Origin: Bacillota bacterium
GTDB taxonomy: Bacteria > Bacillota > Clostridia > Peptostreptococcales > Anaerovoracaceae
NCBI GenBank assembly: GCA_030535275.1
Contig: JAUNIQ010000003.1
Coordinates: 1-52,720, forward strand
DNA length: 52,720 bases
Reading direction: 5' to 3'
Below the pieces are notes generated by a model, which saw nothing but the letters and a program-made list of their open reading frames with translations, was not told where the DNA came from and did not search any database. The position numbers were made by a program, and so were the translations under genes. Below, in pieces: positions 8,416 to 18,001 of this stretch (positions are counted from its first letter, which is position 1; each line of letters begins with the position of its first letter).

Positions 8416-9630
8416 GTGAATAAATTCAGAATTACAGCAATAATAACAGTACTGGCAATGCTTCTTGTGGGCCTTTGCGGATGCACGACCTTTGATAATT
8501 TCAAGGCGGCATTTATCGATGATCCCGATAAGCAGGAGGTCAAGATTACCATAGGCGTTCTTGAACCTGTTACGGGAGCCGATTCCAAGGCGGCAGAGGA
8601 TGAAATCAGAGGAATCCAGCTTGCAAACAGTGTTCATCCTAATGTTAACGGCAGGATCATTTCACTGGTATTTTCTGATGGCAAGTCGGACATTGACGCC
8701 ACTGAAACTGCAGCCAAGACTTTAATTGAGAAAAAGCCTCTGATTATTCTTGGAAGCTACGGCAGCGTATATTCGCTGGCGGCATCACCTTACATCAAGG
8801 AGGCCAAAATTCCGGCCATTGCAATAACAAACAGCAACCCGCTCGTAACGAGAAACAATGAGTATTACTTCAGAGTATGCTATGTTGACTCCAACCAGGG
8901 AGACCTGCTGGCAAGATATGTTCTTGATTCAAAGAAGGAGAAGAAGGCCGGCGTTCTGATTCCTGCAAATGATGATGCGGCTCTGGCTGAAGCAACTGCA
9001 TTCACAGACAGAATAAAATCAGAGACAGATAACGAAGATGCCATCGTTTATTATGAGGAATACACTACAGGACAGAAGGACTTTTCCAAGGAACTTCAAA
9101 AGCTGAAGAAGTCAGGAGTCAAGAGCGTAATTCTTCCCGGAGATTATACTGATGCGGCAAACATTATTAAGCAGGCAGCGGAAATGAATCTCACTGTTCA
9201 GTTCCTGGGAGATACAAGCTGGGGTGAAGATGAGTTCAAGAAGCTGGTTGGCAACACCAAGGAAGAAAACATGGCATTTGTTCAGTTCTTCGCAGCTGAC
9301 AGCGGTGTTGACGGTGAAGCCATAACGGCTGAAAGAGACAAATTCCTAAAGGCATATCACAAGGAATACGGCAGAGATAGTGAGCCTACAGACAACATGG
9401 CGCTGGGTTATGACGCATACTTCGTTGCAATCGATGCCATTAACAAGGCCGGCGACGACCTGAGCACCGAGAAGATTATTGAAATCCTGTCAGATCCGAT
9501 GTATTACTTTGAGGGAGCATCCGGTACTATTAACTTCAGCAGTATCGGCGACCCGATAAAGACCGCATACATCAGTACATGGAAGGGTGACAGCATGTCC
9601 ACAATCTATACGGTGGAAGCACAGAAATAG
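8416..9630 (+). CDS. Branched-chain amino acid ABC substrate-binding lipoprotein (LivJ/K type), orphan
   Basis: IGVLEPVTG, ILGSYGS, YYFRVC, ALGYDA, FEGASGTINF; lipobox; GTG 8416 after GAGGTG (track start 8407). Confidence 0.88.
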   Translation: MNKFRITAIITVLAMLLVGLCGCTTFDNFKAAFIDDPDKQEVKITIGVLEPVTGADSKAAEDEIRGIQLANSVHPNVNGRIISLVFSDGKSDIDATETAAKTLIEKKPLIILGSYGSVYSLAASPYIKEAKIPAIAITNSNPLVTRNNEYYFRVCYVDSNQGDLLARYVLDSKKEKKAGVLIPANDDAALAEATAFTDRIKSETDNEDAIVYYEEYTTGQKDFSKELQKLKKSGVKSVILPGDYTDAANIIKQAAEMNLTVQFLGDTSWGEDEFKKLVGNTKEENMAFVQFFAADSGVDGEAITAERDKFLKAYHKEYGRDSEPTDNMALGYDAYFVAIDAINKAGDDLSTEKIIEILSDPMYYFEGASGTINFSSIGDPIKTAYISTWKGDSMSTIYTVEAQK

Positions 9631-9678
9631 ACAAACATAATTTCAGTTAGAGAATAATTTATATAAAGGAGAAACAAA

Positions 9679-9903
9679 ATGGAAGAAAAAATCAAGGAAG
9701 CACTGGAGCAGATCAGACCTTTTCTGCAGAGAGATGGCGGAGACATCGAATTCGTTGAACTGACAGAGGACAATATCGTTAAGGTAAGACTTCAGGGACA
9801 CTGTGCAGGATGCCCGGGCGCTCAGATGACAATCAAGGGCGTCGTTGAGAAGATCATCAAGGAAAGCTATCCTGAAATCGCAGGCGTTGAAGCTGTACAG
9901 TAA
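9679..9903 (+). CDS. NifU C-terminal-domain (Nfu-type) Fe-S carrier
   Basis: IRPFLQRDGGDIEFV, LQGHCAGCP. Confidence 0.93.
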   Translation: MEEKIKEALEQIRPFLQRDGGDIEFVELTEDNIVKVRLQGHCAGCPGAQMTIKGVVEKIIKESYPEIAGVEAVQ

Positions 9904-9918
9904 GTACGGACTGAAACA

Positions 9919-11349
9919 ATGGAATTCTTAGAACAGGTATACAGCAGAATAGAAGAAAACAGGACAGAGATGCTTGCATCTCTGTCTAAACTTATCTCCA
10001 TACCCAGCGTTGCCACAAAAGGCAAAGGCAGGAAACCATTTGGAGCAGAAGTTGACGAAGCCTACAGAACCATGCTGAAGATGGCAGAGGACGACGGCTT
10101 CGATACTTTTGATGCCCACGGTTACGGCGGACACATTGATTATGACGGGACAGAAGACGGAGTTGTTGCCGTTGTCGGACATCTGGACGTAGTTCCGGAA
10201 GGAGACGGGTGGGACTTCGAGCCTTACGGCGGAGAAGTGGCAGACGGATATCTTCAGGGCAGAGGAACTATGGACGACAAGGGACCGGTAATGGCATCCT
10301 ACTATGCCATGAAGGCACTGAAGGAGTGCGGATTCGAGCCGGCAAAGACCGTCAGAATGATTCTGGGTCTCGATGAGGAAACCGACTGGGAAGGAATGGA
10401 TTACTACCTCGAGCACGTCGGAGATCTTCCTGATTGCGGATTTACACCGGATGGTGATTTCCCTGTAATTCGTGCAGAAATGGGCATTCTCATTTTCGAC
10501 ATGATCAGAAAGCTCCCGGCTTCAAGAGGCAAAGGCCTGGAACTGGGATCAATCAGGGGCGGCACCGCAGCAAACTCTGTTCCTGATTTTGCAAAGGCAG
10601 TAGTAACTGATACCACAGGCGGCGGCTATGACATGCTCAGAGAGATGATAGCCAACTGCAGAGAAGAGTACGGCTGGAAAATCAGCGGCAGAGGAGTAGG
10701 CAAGGGCTTCGAGATTTCTGTCAAAGGCAGGTCTGCACATGGAGCAAAGCCGGAGCAGGGAGAGAATGCAATTTCAATCCTGATGGACTTCCTGGGAAGA
10801 CTGAATTTCCTCAATGACGGCGTAGCTGAGTTTGTGGATTTCTACAACAGCAGAATCGGCTACGATCTTCACGGTGAAAACATCGGATGCGCACTTGAGG
10901 ATAAAGTATCCGGAAGACTGATCTTTAATGTGGGAAAAATTGAAACGGACAGAAACGCTGCAAGGCTGACGATAAATATCAGATATCCGGTTACTGCAGA
11001 TGAAGAGCAGGTTTATGCCGGAATAATGGAAGTGCTGGACGATTACAGAATAGGTATCGTCAAGGAAAGAGCACAGGACCCTATTAACATTGACGCTGAA
11101 AGCGAACTCGTGAGCAAGCTCATGAAGGTTTATCAGAAGCATACGGGTGACAGCGCCAGCGTACCGATGGTTATCGGCGGCGGCACTTATGCCAGAGCCA
11201 TGGATAACATAGTGGCATTCGGTGCACGCTTCCCGGGTGAGCCGGAACTGGGACATCAGAAAAATGAAAAGATTTCAGTAGAGAACCTCGTTAAGCTGGC
11301 AAAGATTTATGCGGAGGCGATTTATGAACTGGCTAAGGCAGAAGATTGA
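9919..11349 (+). CDS. pepV: Dipeptidase PepV (M20)
   Basis: GHLDVVP, GRGTMDDKGP, DEET, TPDGDFP, GGGTYAR. Confidence 0.9.
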   Translation: MEFLEQVYSRIEENRTEMLASLSKLISIPSVATKGKGRKPFGAEVDEAYRTMLKMAEDDGFDTFDAHGYGGHIDYDGTEDGVVAVVGHLDVVPEGDGWDFEPYGGEVADGYLQGRGTMDDKGPVMASYYAMKALKECGFEPAKTVRMILGLDEETDWEGMDYYLEHVGDLPDCGFTPDGDFPVIRAEMGILIFDMIRKLPASRGKGLELGSIRGGTAANSVPDFAKAVVTDTTGGGYDMLREMIANCREEYGWKISGRGVGKGFEISVKGRSAHGAKPEQGENAISILMDFLGRLNFLNDGVAEFVDFYNSRIGYDLHGENIGCALEDKVSGRLIFNVGKIETDRNAARLTINIRYPVTADEEQVYAGIMEVLDDYRIGIVKERAQDPINIDAESELVSKLMKVYQKHTGDSASVPMVIGGGTYARAMDNIVAFGARFPGEPELGHQKNEKISVENLVKLAKIYAEAIYELAKAED

Positions 11350-12124
11350 TGAGAATAGACAATTCTATAAAATTCTGGCCATAGCAATCTGCGTTAATCT
11401 GGGAGTCATAGCGTTTTATGCTGCGATTGCCGTCAGTGTCAAAGACATTACCGTTACGGTTAACGGCAAGACGACGGAGTACAAAACCATAAGGAACTCT
11501 GTTGATGACATGCTGAGAGGATGGGGAGTTACACTCGACGAAAAAGACGAAGTGAACATGGACGGCAGGCAGGCCCTGAAGGATGGAGACAATGTCGAAA
11601 TCAAAACCTACGAGGTCGTTGAAGAAACCGTCAAGGAAGACGTGGATTTCAAAAAGAAGACCGAGTACACTTCCGACATGGCCGAGGGTGAGAAAAAGAT
11701 TACCACCAAGGGAGTCAAAGGAGTCGACCGTGTAACATACAAGACAAGCTATTTTGGTGGCGAGATTCTTTCCAGGGAAGAAACCAGCAGAGAGACCATA
11801 AAAAAACCTGTTACCCAGGTTACGGCTGAAGGAACTGCGGTTTGCTATAACGGAGTCAAGTACAGTCGAAAGCTGACAGTAAGTTCTACGGCATACTGCC
11901 TTAGAGGAAGAACGGCAACGGGCACGTCGGTCCACTACGGTACCATAGCTGTTGACCCAAGGGTTATTCCGCTTGGATCCTATGGATATGTGCCGGGATA
12001 CGGTGAGGTTCATGCCGAAGATACGGGCGGAGCCATTAAGGGAAACATAATTGATGTCTGGTTCCCGACCAACAGCCAGTGCAGGAACTGGGGCAGGAGA
12101 ACAGTAGACATATACATTAAATAA
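11324..12124 (+). CDS. YabE-like cell-wall protein (TM, DUF348-like, G5 and 3D domains)
   Basis: G5-like KITTKGVKG...PVTQV; 3D motifs STAY, IAVDPRVIPLG, AEDTGGAIKGNIIDV. Confidence 0.87.
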   Translation: MNWLRQKIDENRQFYKILAIAICVNLGVIAFYAAIAVSVKDITVTVNGKTTEYKTIRNSVDDMLRGWGVTLDEKDEVNMDGRQALKDGDNVEIKTYEVVEETVKEDVDFKKKTEYTSDMAEGEKKITTKGVKGVDRVTYKTSYFGGEILSREETSRETIKKPVTQVTAEGTAVCYNGVKYSRKLTVSSTAYCLRGRTATGTSVHYGTIAVDPRVIPLGSYGYVPGYGEVHAEDTGGAIKGNIIDVWFPTNSQCRNWGRRTVDIYIK

Positions 12125-12151
12125 AAAAGGATGACCTTCGGTCATCCTTTT
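12123..12151. terminator. Bidirectional terminator
   Basis: AAAAAAGGATGACC-TTC-GGTCATCCTTTT between convergent genes. Confidence 0.9.
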
Positions 12152-12159
12152 ATATTGCC

Positions 12160-13422
12160 TTATTTCAGGTGTTTTGCGATTAAATCGGCAAATAGCGATG
12201 CATCTTCTTCAGTGCTGAACATGGCTCTTGCGGACACGTCGTTTCCGCCACCCTTGCCGTTATAGAAGCTTGCATATTCCTTTACAAGAGGACCGCATTC
12301 AGGGTTGCCGTCTGATACGAGCACGTAGGATGTGCTGTCAGGTGCATATAGCATGATCAGTCTGCCTTTGCATATGGCCTTGCCCATGTATTCCTTGGCC
12401 ATGTTGAAGGCATCGTCGATTGACATGTCATTGAGCGTGTAGAGAATTACAGGCTCTGCCTGCTCATCCGCTTCGAGAATTGCGTTAAGCTTGTCGCATT
12501 CTCCGGCAAGAATGGTTTTCTTAAGACCTGCAAGCTGACCCTTGGCTTCGGCCAGTTTAGCCTCAATGCCGCGGACTTTTTCAGGGAAGTCCTCAACTGA
12601 GCATGAGCGGTCATTTGACATTTCTGTCAGCATGTCGTGTTTCATGTCGTAGTCTGCCAGTGCGCGGGCTCCTGCTTCACAGTAGATTCTGAACATGCCC
12701 TTGTACTTTTCAACCTTGTACAGCTTGATGAGTCCGACCTGCCCTGCAGTGGAAGGGTGGGTTCCGCAGCAGGCAACACAGTCTGCAGCATTTTCAGGTG
12801 AGCCTACGCATACAATGGAAATATCTTCGTCGAAGGCGAGGGCTTTCCTGAGAGGAAGCTTTTCGGCGTCTTCGCGATTATCAAAACGGAACACGGTAAC
12901 AGGAGCGTTTGACCAGATTACCTTGTTTGCCAGCAGCTCGCAGTGCTTTGCCATGGCCCAGTCAACTTCCTCGGGTTTTGACATTTCGGGATTTGTAGGC
13001 TCGTCCTCCAGACTGATGTCAATTGTCATGTAGTCTTCTCCCATGTGGAAGCCGCGATTCACGCCGCCACATTCCTGATAGAATATGCCGGAAAGAATGT
13101 GCTCGCCGCAGTGGCGCTGCATGTTATCGAAACGTCTGTCCCAGTCCAGGGAGCAGTGAAGCCTGTCCCCAACAGAGAGTGACTCAGGATCGGAAACCGT
13201 GTGAACCACATTTTCGCCGTCCTCCTGCACGTCGGTAACCTTTACGGATACATTATCTTTACCGATTACTGTCATGATACCAAGATCGCAGCTCTGGCCG
13301 CCGCCTTCAGGGAAAAATGCGGTACTGTCCAGATATACACCTTTTTCAGTAATATCCGTTACTTCTGCATCCCATTCTTTAATGTAAACATCTTGTTGAA
13401 ATAACTTTCTTGTGCCCATCAT
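12160..13422 (-). CDS. Alanyl-tRNA editing protein (AlaX-type with C-terminal DHHA1-like domain)
   Basis: TAFFPEGGGQ, MQRHCGEHILS, ACCGTH, GKGGG; SD GGAGG. Confidence 0.9.
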   Translation of the reverse strand: MMGTRKLFQQDVYIKEWDAEVTDITEKGVYLDSTAFFPEGGGQSCDLGIMTVIGKDNVSVKVTDVQEDGENVVHTVSDPESLSVGDRLHCSLDWDRRFDNMQRHCGEHILSGIFYQECGGVNRGFHMGEDYMTIDISLEDEPTNPEMSKPEEVDWAMAKHCELLANKVIWSNAPVTVFRFDNREDAEKLPLRKALAFDEDISIVCVGSPENAADCVACCGTHPSTAGQVGLIKLYKVEKYKGMFRIYCEAGARALADYDMKHDMLTEMSNDRSCSVEDFPEKVRGIEAKLAEAKGQLAGLKKTILAGECDKLNAILEADEQAEPVILYTLNDMSIDDAFNMAKEYMGKAICKGRLIMLYAPDSTSYVLVSDGNPECGPLVKEYASFYNGKGGGNDVSARAMFSTEEDASLFADLIAKHLK

Positions 13423-13699
13423 CTTGTGTTCCTCCAATAAATAGCAACTGTATTATAAAAAGTTTAATTCTAATGAGCAAAAAAGTCAATTTTTTCATTG
13501 AAAATGTAGCTTTTGCAGGAGTATAATAGCACTACCATAACAAGTTTGCGGTGCATGATAATAATTTAGGAGAATTTATATTTACTAAGCTAATGGTTAT
13601 GGTGTCAAACAGTAATTTTCTGGTAATAAACCCCCTAAACCGCAGAAAATACACGTTTTTGGTGATTTTAGGGGAAGGTTAAATAATTTGCCTGAAACC

Positions 13700-13829
13700 T
13701 GTGGAAAACAATGTACTGAAATTAGTACTTGACAGCGAAAACGTTGAAATTTCAACAACAGTAAAAAAATGGTTATCCACAGATGCTGTTGGATAAAATT
13801 GTATACAATCTGAGAATTATTGTGGATAA
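13700..13829. promoter_or_regulatory. DnaA-box cluster
   Basis: TGTGGAAAA 13700-13708, TTATCCACA 13773-13781, TGTGGATAA 13821-13829, plus weak GTTGGATAA 13788-13796, in a ~500-bp AT-rich intergenic region. Confidence 0.7.
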
Positions 13830-13933
13830 GTCCTGAAACCCCTTATATATCAATGAATTTCGATTGTTGAACCAATTATTTACAGTAACCGGTTTCGGTT
13901 TACATAATCCATCAAAAATAACGGGAGAAAAAA

Positions 13934-15469
13934 ATGTTAAAAGAAAAAATAATGTACAAAGATGAGCTTCCAATTAATGTCATCGTGGCGAACATCGACA
14001 AGTATCCGATTCACTTCCACGACGACATGGAGGTGGTATATGTGCTTGAGGGAAACATCACTCTGCGTAACGGCTATTACACATATAACCTGAAACAAGG
14101 AGACATCTTCATTCTCAATGACAGAGAAATGCACAGCTTTGAGAATACAGGTGAAGATAACATGGTCATGATGCTCCAGATGGATCTGACATACTTCTCA
14201 AGATACTACGATAATCTGAAGAACAATTTCTTTGTAACAGACATGGAGGATGACAGCGACGAGAGCCTTGATGTTCTCAAGGGAATTCTGGCCAGAATCA
14301 TGATGGAGGTCCTGCAGAAGGGATACGGCTTCGAACACAAGGTTATTGAAAGTACGCATAACCTCATTGCCTGTCTCATGTCCGACTTTCAGTATTTCGT
14401 CATGGAAGACGGCAAGTTCAAGAACGAGTCAAAGAACAAAGGTAATAAAATCCTGGCCGGAAGACTTAACCGAATCACAGATTACATGTATGACAATTAC
14501 AACCGCAAACTGACTCTGAGTGAAATCGCCGACAGAGAGCACCTGAGCATTTACTATCTGTCACATATTATCAAGGAGGCCACAGGACTCAGCTTCCAGG
14601 ACCTGCTCAGCTATATTCGAGTTGAAGAATCAGAGAAGCTGCTGCTTGGAACAAATAAGAAGATCGGTGCCATTGCTGAAGAGACAGGATTCTCCGCAGT
14701 GAGATATTACATCAGACATTTCGAGCAGTGGTTCGGCATGCATCCGCTGGAATACAGAAAGACTTATATCGGCAAGATCATAAGCAGAGAGATTGAAGCC
14801 AAGTACACCAGATGCTCACCGGCACAGATTGAAGGGGCCATCAGACGTCAGGTTAAGGGAGTATATGCCGACTACCTGGATAAAATGAAGGTTAAACCGA
14901 CAATTGTCGATGTAGACATATATGACGACTATGCTGAAGTAATCAAGGATGAACCTGAGCTTGAAGGAATAATGTCCAGGGACATTAACAGAATTCTGGC
15001 TGAACCATACAAACTTCTGCGTGAGATGGGAGAAAACCTCATCGCATCGGGAAGCAATTACATGGTTACAACAAAGGATAAGTTCCCGGGAGCTCTTACT
15101 TCACTGAGCATTCTCGTTTACAACTTTGATGACAATGTTACTAAATCACTGAAGAGGATAGGATCAAATTCCGATCTGCTGAGAATAATAAGGAATTATG
15201 ACGGGGAAGCGGAATTCCTCATCAGATGTACAGGTCTTTCGGGCCAGTTCAGGATTGTTAGATTCAGAATGGACAGGGACAACTTAGTACAGAGGATAGA
15301 GGAACAGGGAGATGACCACAAGGAGAAGAGTCCGCGTGAGAAGCTGATAAGCAGAATGTCAACGGAGCCCAGCGTTGCAATATCCAACTACTCCAGCTCC
15401 GACGCATTAATCATCAGAACCATTTTAAATGGCATGGGCGTAGAACTTATACTTATTGATTTAAAATAA
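13934..15469 (+). CDS. AraC-family regulator (N-terminal cupin, central HTH pair, long C-terminal extension)
   Basis: PIHFHDDMEVVYVLEG; LTLSEIADREHLSIYYLSH; IAEETGFSAVRYYIRHFEQWFGMHPLEYRK. Confidence 0.9.
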   Translation: MLKEKIMYKDELPINVIVANIDKYPIHFHDDMEVVYVLEGNITLRNGYYTYNLKQGDIFILNDREMHSFENTGEDNMVMMLQMDLTYFSRYYDNLKNNFFVTDMEDDSDESLDVLKGILARIMMEVLQKGYGFEHKVIESTHNLIACLMSDFQYFVMEDGKFKNESKNKGNKILAGRLNRITDYMYDNYNRKLTLSEIADREHLSIYYLSHIIKEATGLSFQDLLSYIRVEESEKLLLGTNKKIGAIAEETGFSAVRYYIRHFEQWFGMHPLEYRKTYIGKIISREIEAKYTRCSPAQIEGAIRRQVKGVYADYLDKMKVKPTIVDVDIYDDYAEVIKDEPELEGIMSRDINRILAEPYKLLREMGENLIASGSNYMVTTKDKFPGALTSLSILVYNFDDNVTKSLKRIGSNSDLLRIIRNYDGEAEFLIRCTGLSGQFRIVRFRMDRDNLVQRIEEQGDDHKEKSPREKLISRMSTEPSVAISNYSSSDALIIRTILNGMGVELILIDLK

Positions 15470-15607
15470 GAGCAAACAAGTATTATTTTTTAGCAAATGG
15501 CTCATTGAAAACACATTTATAAAAGGATATGATTTATATTGCTTGAAAGGGCAAGATGCTAAATGGTATCTAATGTTTATTAAAACATAATAAATGGAGG
15601 TAACACG

Positions 15608-16891
15608 ATGAAATTACTTATTATCGGCGCTGGCGGAGTAGGAACTTCAGCAGCAAAAATCATCCAGCTGGCAGGAGCAGAAGGCGACTGGGCTGAAAAA
15701 GTTGTAGTAGCAGACTATGACCTGGCAAGAGCAGAAGAAGTTGCAAACAACATCTGCGGCGGCGGCAAATTCATTCCGGCACAGATTAACGCAATGGATC
15801 CTGAAAGCATCAAGGCAGTAGTTGCAGAACACGGATGCGACTTCGCAATGAATGCTTGCGACCCAAGAATGAACCCTTGCATTTTCGATACATGCCTCGA
15901 AATCGGCATCGGATATCTTGACTGCGCAATGACTCTGGGAACTGAGCACCCTGAAAAGCCTTATGAACTGGCTAATATCAAGCTCGGTGACTATCAGTTT
16001 GCAAAGCAGGAAGACTGGATTAAGAGCGGCAAGATCGCTATCTGCGGATCAGGTGTTGAACCTGGTATGGCAGACGTATTCGCTAAGTTCGCAGCAGTAC
16101 ATCTCTTCGACAAGATCGACAGAGTAGACGTACGTGACGGCGACAACTATGGAAACACTGACTCAGACTTCGGTTTCTCCGTATGGACAACAATCGAAGA
16201 ATGTCTGCAGCCTCCAGTAATCTGGGAAAAGAACGAAGAATTCCCAGAAGGACACTGGTTCTGCACTGAGCCATTCTCAGAACCTGAAATCTTCAACTTC
16301 CCTGACGGAATCGGCGACGTTGAAGTAGTAAACGTAGAACATGAAGAAGTACTGCTGGTACCAAGAGAAATCGATTGTAACAGAGTAACATTCAAGTATG
16401 GCGTTCCTAGAGAATTCAGAGCTAAGCTGCTGACTCTCCACGGATGGGGACTTGACAACAAGAGAGACATGATCAAGGTTGGCGACAGCGAAATTACTCC
16501 AAGAGATTTCGTATGTAAGGTTATCCCTTCACCAGTAGGAGCTACTGATGAAATGACAGGTAAGGGCTGCGCAGGTACTTGGGTAACTGGATGGAAAGAC
16601 GGCAAGTACAGATCAGTTTACCTGTATCAGGTTGCTGACAACCAGGAATGCATCAAGAAGTACACTACTAACTCAGTAGTAGCACAGACAGCTGTAGGTC
16701 CTGTAATCATGATGGAACTGATCGCTAAGGGAATCTGGAACGATGCAGGCGCATGGGGTCCAGAACACTTCGATCCAGATCCATTCGTAGAAAGACTGGC
16801 TAAGTACGAATTCCCAGCTGGAATCAGAGAAATGGATTCAGAATATGCTGACGAACTGAACGCTAAGGCTTTCGTTGATTACATCAAATAA
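15608..16891 (+). CDS. Saccharopine dehydrogenase / carboxynorspermidine dehydrogenase-like oxidoreductase
   Basis: IIGAGGVG Rossmann motif; GSGVEPG, FSVWTTIEEC, VEHEEV, GPEHFDPDPF; own promoter and terminator. Confidence 0.85.
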   Translation: MKLLIIGAGGVGTSAAKIIQLAGAEGDWAEKVVVADYDLARAEEVANNICGGGKFIPAQINAMDPESIKAVVAEHGCDFAMNACDPRMNPCIFDTCLEIGIGYLDCAMTLGTEHPEKPYELANIKLGDYQFAKQEDWIKSGKIAICGSGVEPGMADVFAKFAAVHLFDKIDRVDVRDGDNYGNTDSDFGFSVWTTIEECLQPPVIWEKNEEFPEGHWFCTEPFSEPEIFNFPDGIGDVEVVNVEHEEVLLVPREIDCNRVTFKYGVPREFRAKLLTLHGWGLDNKRDMIKVGDSEITPRDFVCKVIPSPVGATDEMTGKGCAGTWVTGWKDGKYRSVYLYQVADNQECIKKYTTNSVVAQTAVGPVIMMELIAKGIWNDAGAWGPEHFDPDPFVERLAKYEFPAGIREMDSEYADELNAKAFVDYIK

Positions 16892-16906
16892 TCAAAACTA
16901 AACACT

Positions 16907-16937
16907 AAAGAGACTCTTGAAAAAGAGTCTCTTTTTT
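16907..16937 (+). terminator. Intrinsic terminator
   Basis: AAAGAGACTCTT-GAAA-AAGAGTCTCTTT-TTT. Confidence 0.88.
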
Positions 16938-16999
16938 CATGCTCCGAAATATGATAAACTACGTGTTGCAGACGTTATTATTTTCGAGAGGCTAAGGAC

Positions 17000-18001
17000 A
17001 TGTCTGAAAAACCGATTCTTTACCTGATAATACCGTGCTATAACGAGGAAGAAGTACTCCCTCTGACTGCCCCTGCATTCAGTGAGGAGCTTATTAGTCT
17101 TGCAGGCAAAGGCAAGATTAGCGAAGACAGTTGTGTGCTTTTTGTAGACGACGGTTCAAAGGACGGCACATGGAAAATCATCAAAGAGCTTTCGGGAAAA
17201 CACGACAACATCAAAGGCATTTCGGAAAGCAGAAACATGGGCCATCAGAACGCTCTTCTGGCAGGTCTCATGGAAGCCAAATCTCTTTGCGATATCACTA
17301 TAACGACGGACTGCGACGGACAGAACGAAATCGCGGCAATAGAGAGAATGGTGGACGCCTACAGCGAAGGCAACGAGATAGTATACGGCGTACGCAAAGA
17401 CAGGAAAAACGACGGTTTCTTCAAGAAGCATTCAGCCCAGATGTTTTACAGGCTGACAAGGCTCATGGGAATCGACATGATATACAATCACGCTGATTAC
17501 AGACTGGTAAGCAGCAGAGTTCTGGATGAATTTGAGGACTTCAGAGAAGTGAACGTATTCCTCAGAGGAATGTTCCCGCTGGTGGGCTTCAGGAGCACGA
17601 CGGTTGAATACGAAATGGATAAAAGAGTTGCGGGCAGAACCCATTATTCGGCAAGAAAAATGTTCCACTTCGCAATCGATGGAGTTACGAGCTTTTCCAT
17701 TAAACCGGTAAGAGCTTTTACGGTTATAGGATTCATCGTGTCTCTGTGCAGCTTTATAGGAATCATCTGGACACTGATAGACTACTTCACCGGAGGAACA
17801 GTATCAGGTTACGCATCCCTCATGTGTATCATCTGCTTCGTAGCGGGAATACAGCTGATCGGCATAGGTGTAATAGGCGAATATATTGGCAAGATATATA
17901 TGGAAGTGAAGAACCGTCCTAGATATATCATTTCCGACAGGACGGAGAATTTTGAAGACAGAGGAACTTCGGGTGAAAGAGAATCCGGCAAAGGCAATTA
18001 A
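17000..18001 (+). CDS. GT2 undecaprenyl-phosphate glycosyltransferase (GtrB/CsbB/YkoT-like)
   Basis: IPCYNEEE, VDDGSKD, SRNMGHQNALLAG, DCDGQ, two C-terminal TM helices, RPRY. Confidence 0.92.
   Translation: MSEKPILYLIIPCYNEEEVLPLTAPAFSEELISLAGKGKISEDSCVLFVDDGSKDGTWKIIKELSGKHDNIKGISESRNMGHQNALLAGLMEAKSLCDITITTDCDGQNEIAAIERMVDAYSEGNEIVYGVRKDRKNDGFFKKHSAQMFYRLTRLMGIDMIYNHADYRLVSSRVLDEFEDFREVNVFLRGMFPLVGFRSTTVEYEMDKRVAGRTHYSARKMFHFAIDGVTSFSIKPVRAFTVIGFIVSLCSFIGIIWTLIDYFTGGTVSGYASLMCIICFVAGIQLIGIGVIGEYIGKIYMEVKNRPRYIISDRTENFEDRGTSGERESGKGN

Noticed and set aside
11333-12145. 270-aa minus-strand ORF and similar long antisense ORFs (e.g. 26101-26808, 29598-30248, 30802-31446, 38293-39006)
   Set aside because: They shadow well-supported plus-strand genes and show no recognisable motifs
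13440-13933. Replication origin oriC
   Set aside because: No dnaA, dnaN, rpmH or gidA neighbours, few boxes, and no switch in gene orientation; kept only as a DnaA-box cluster
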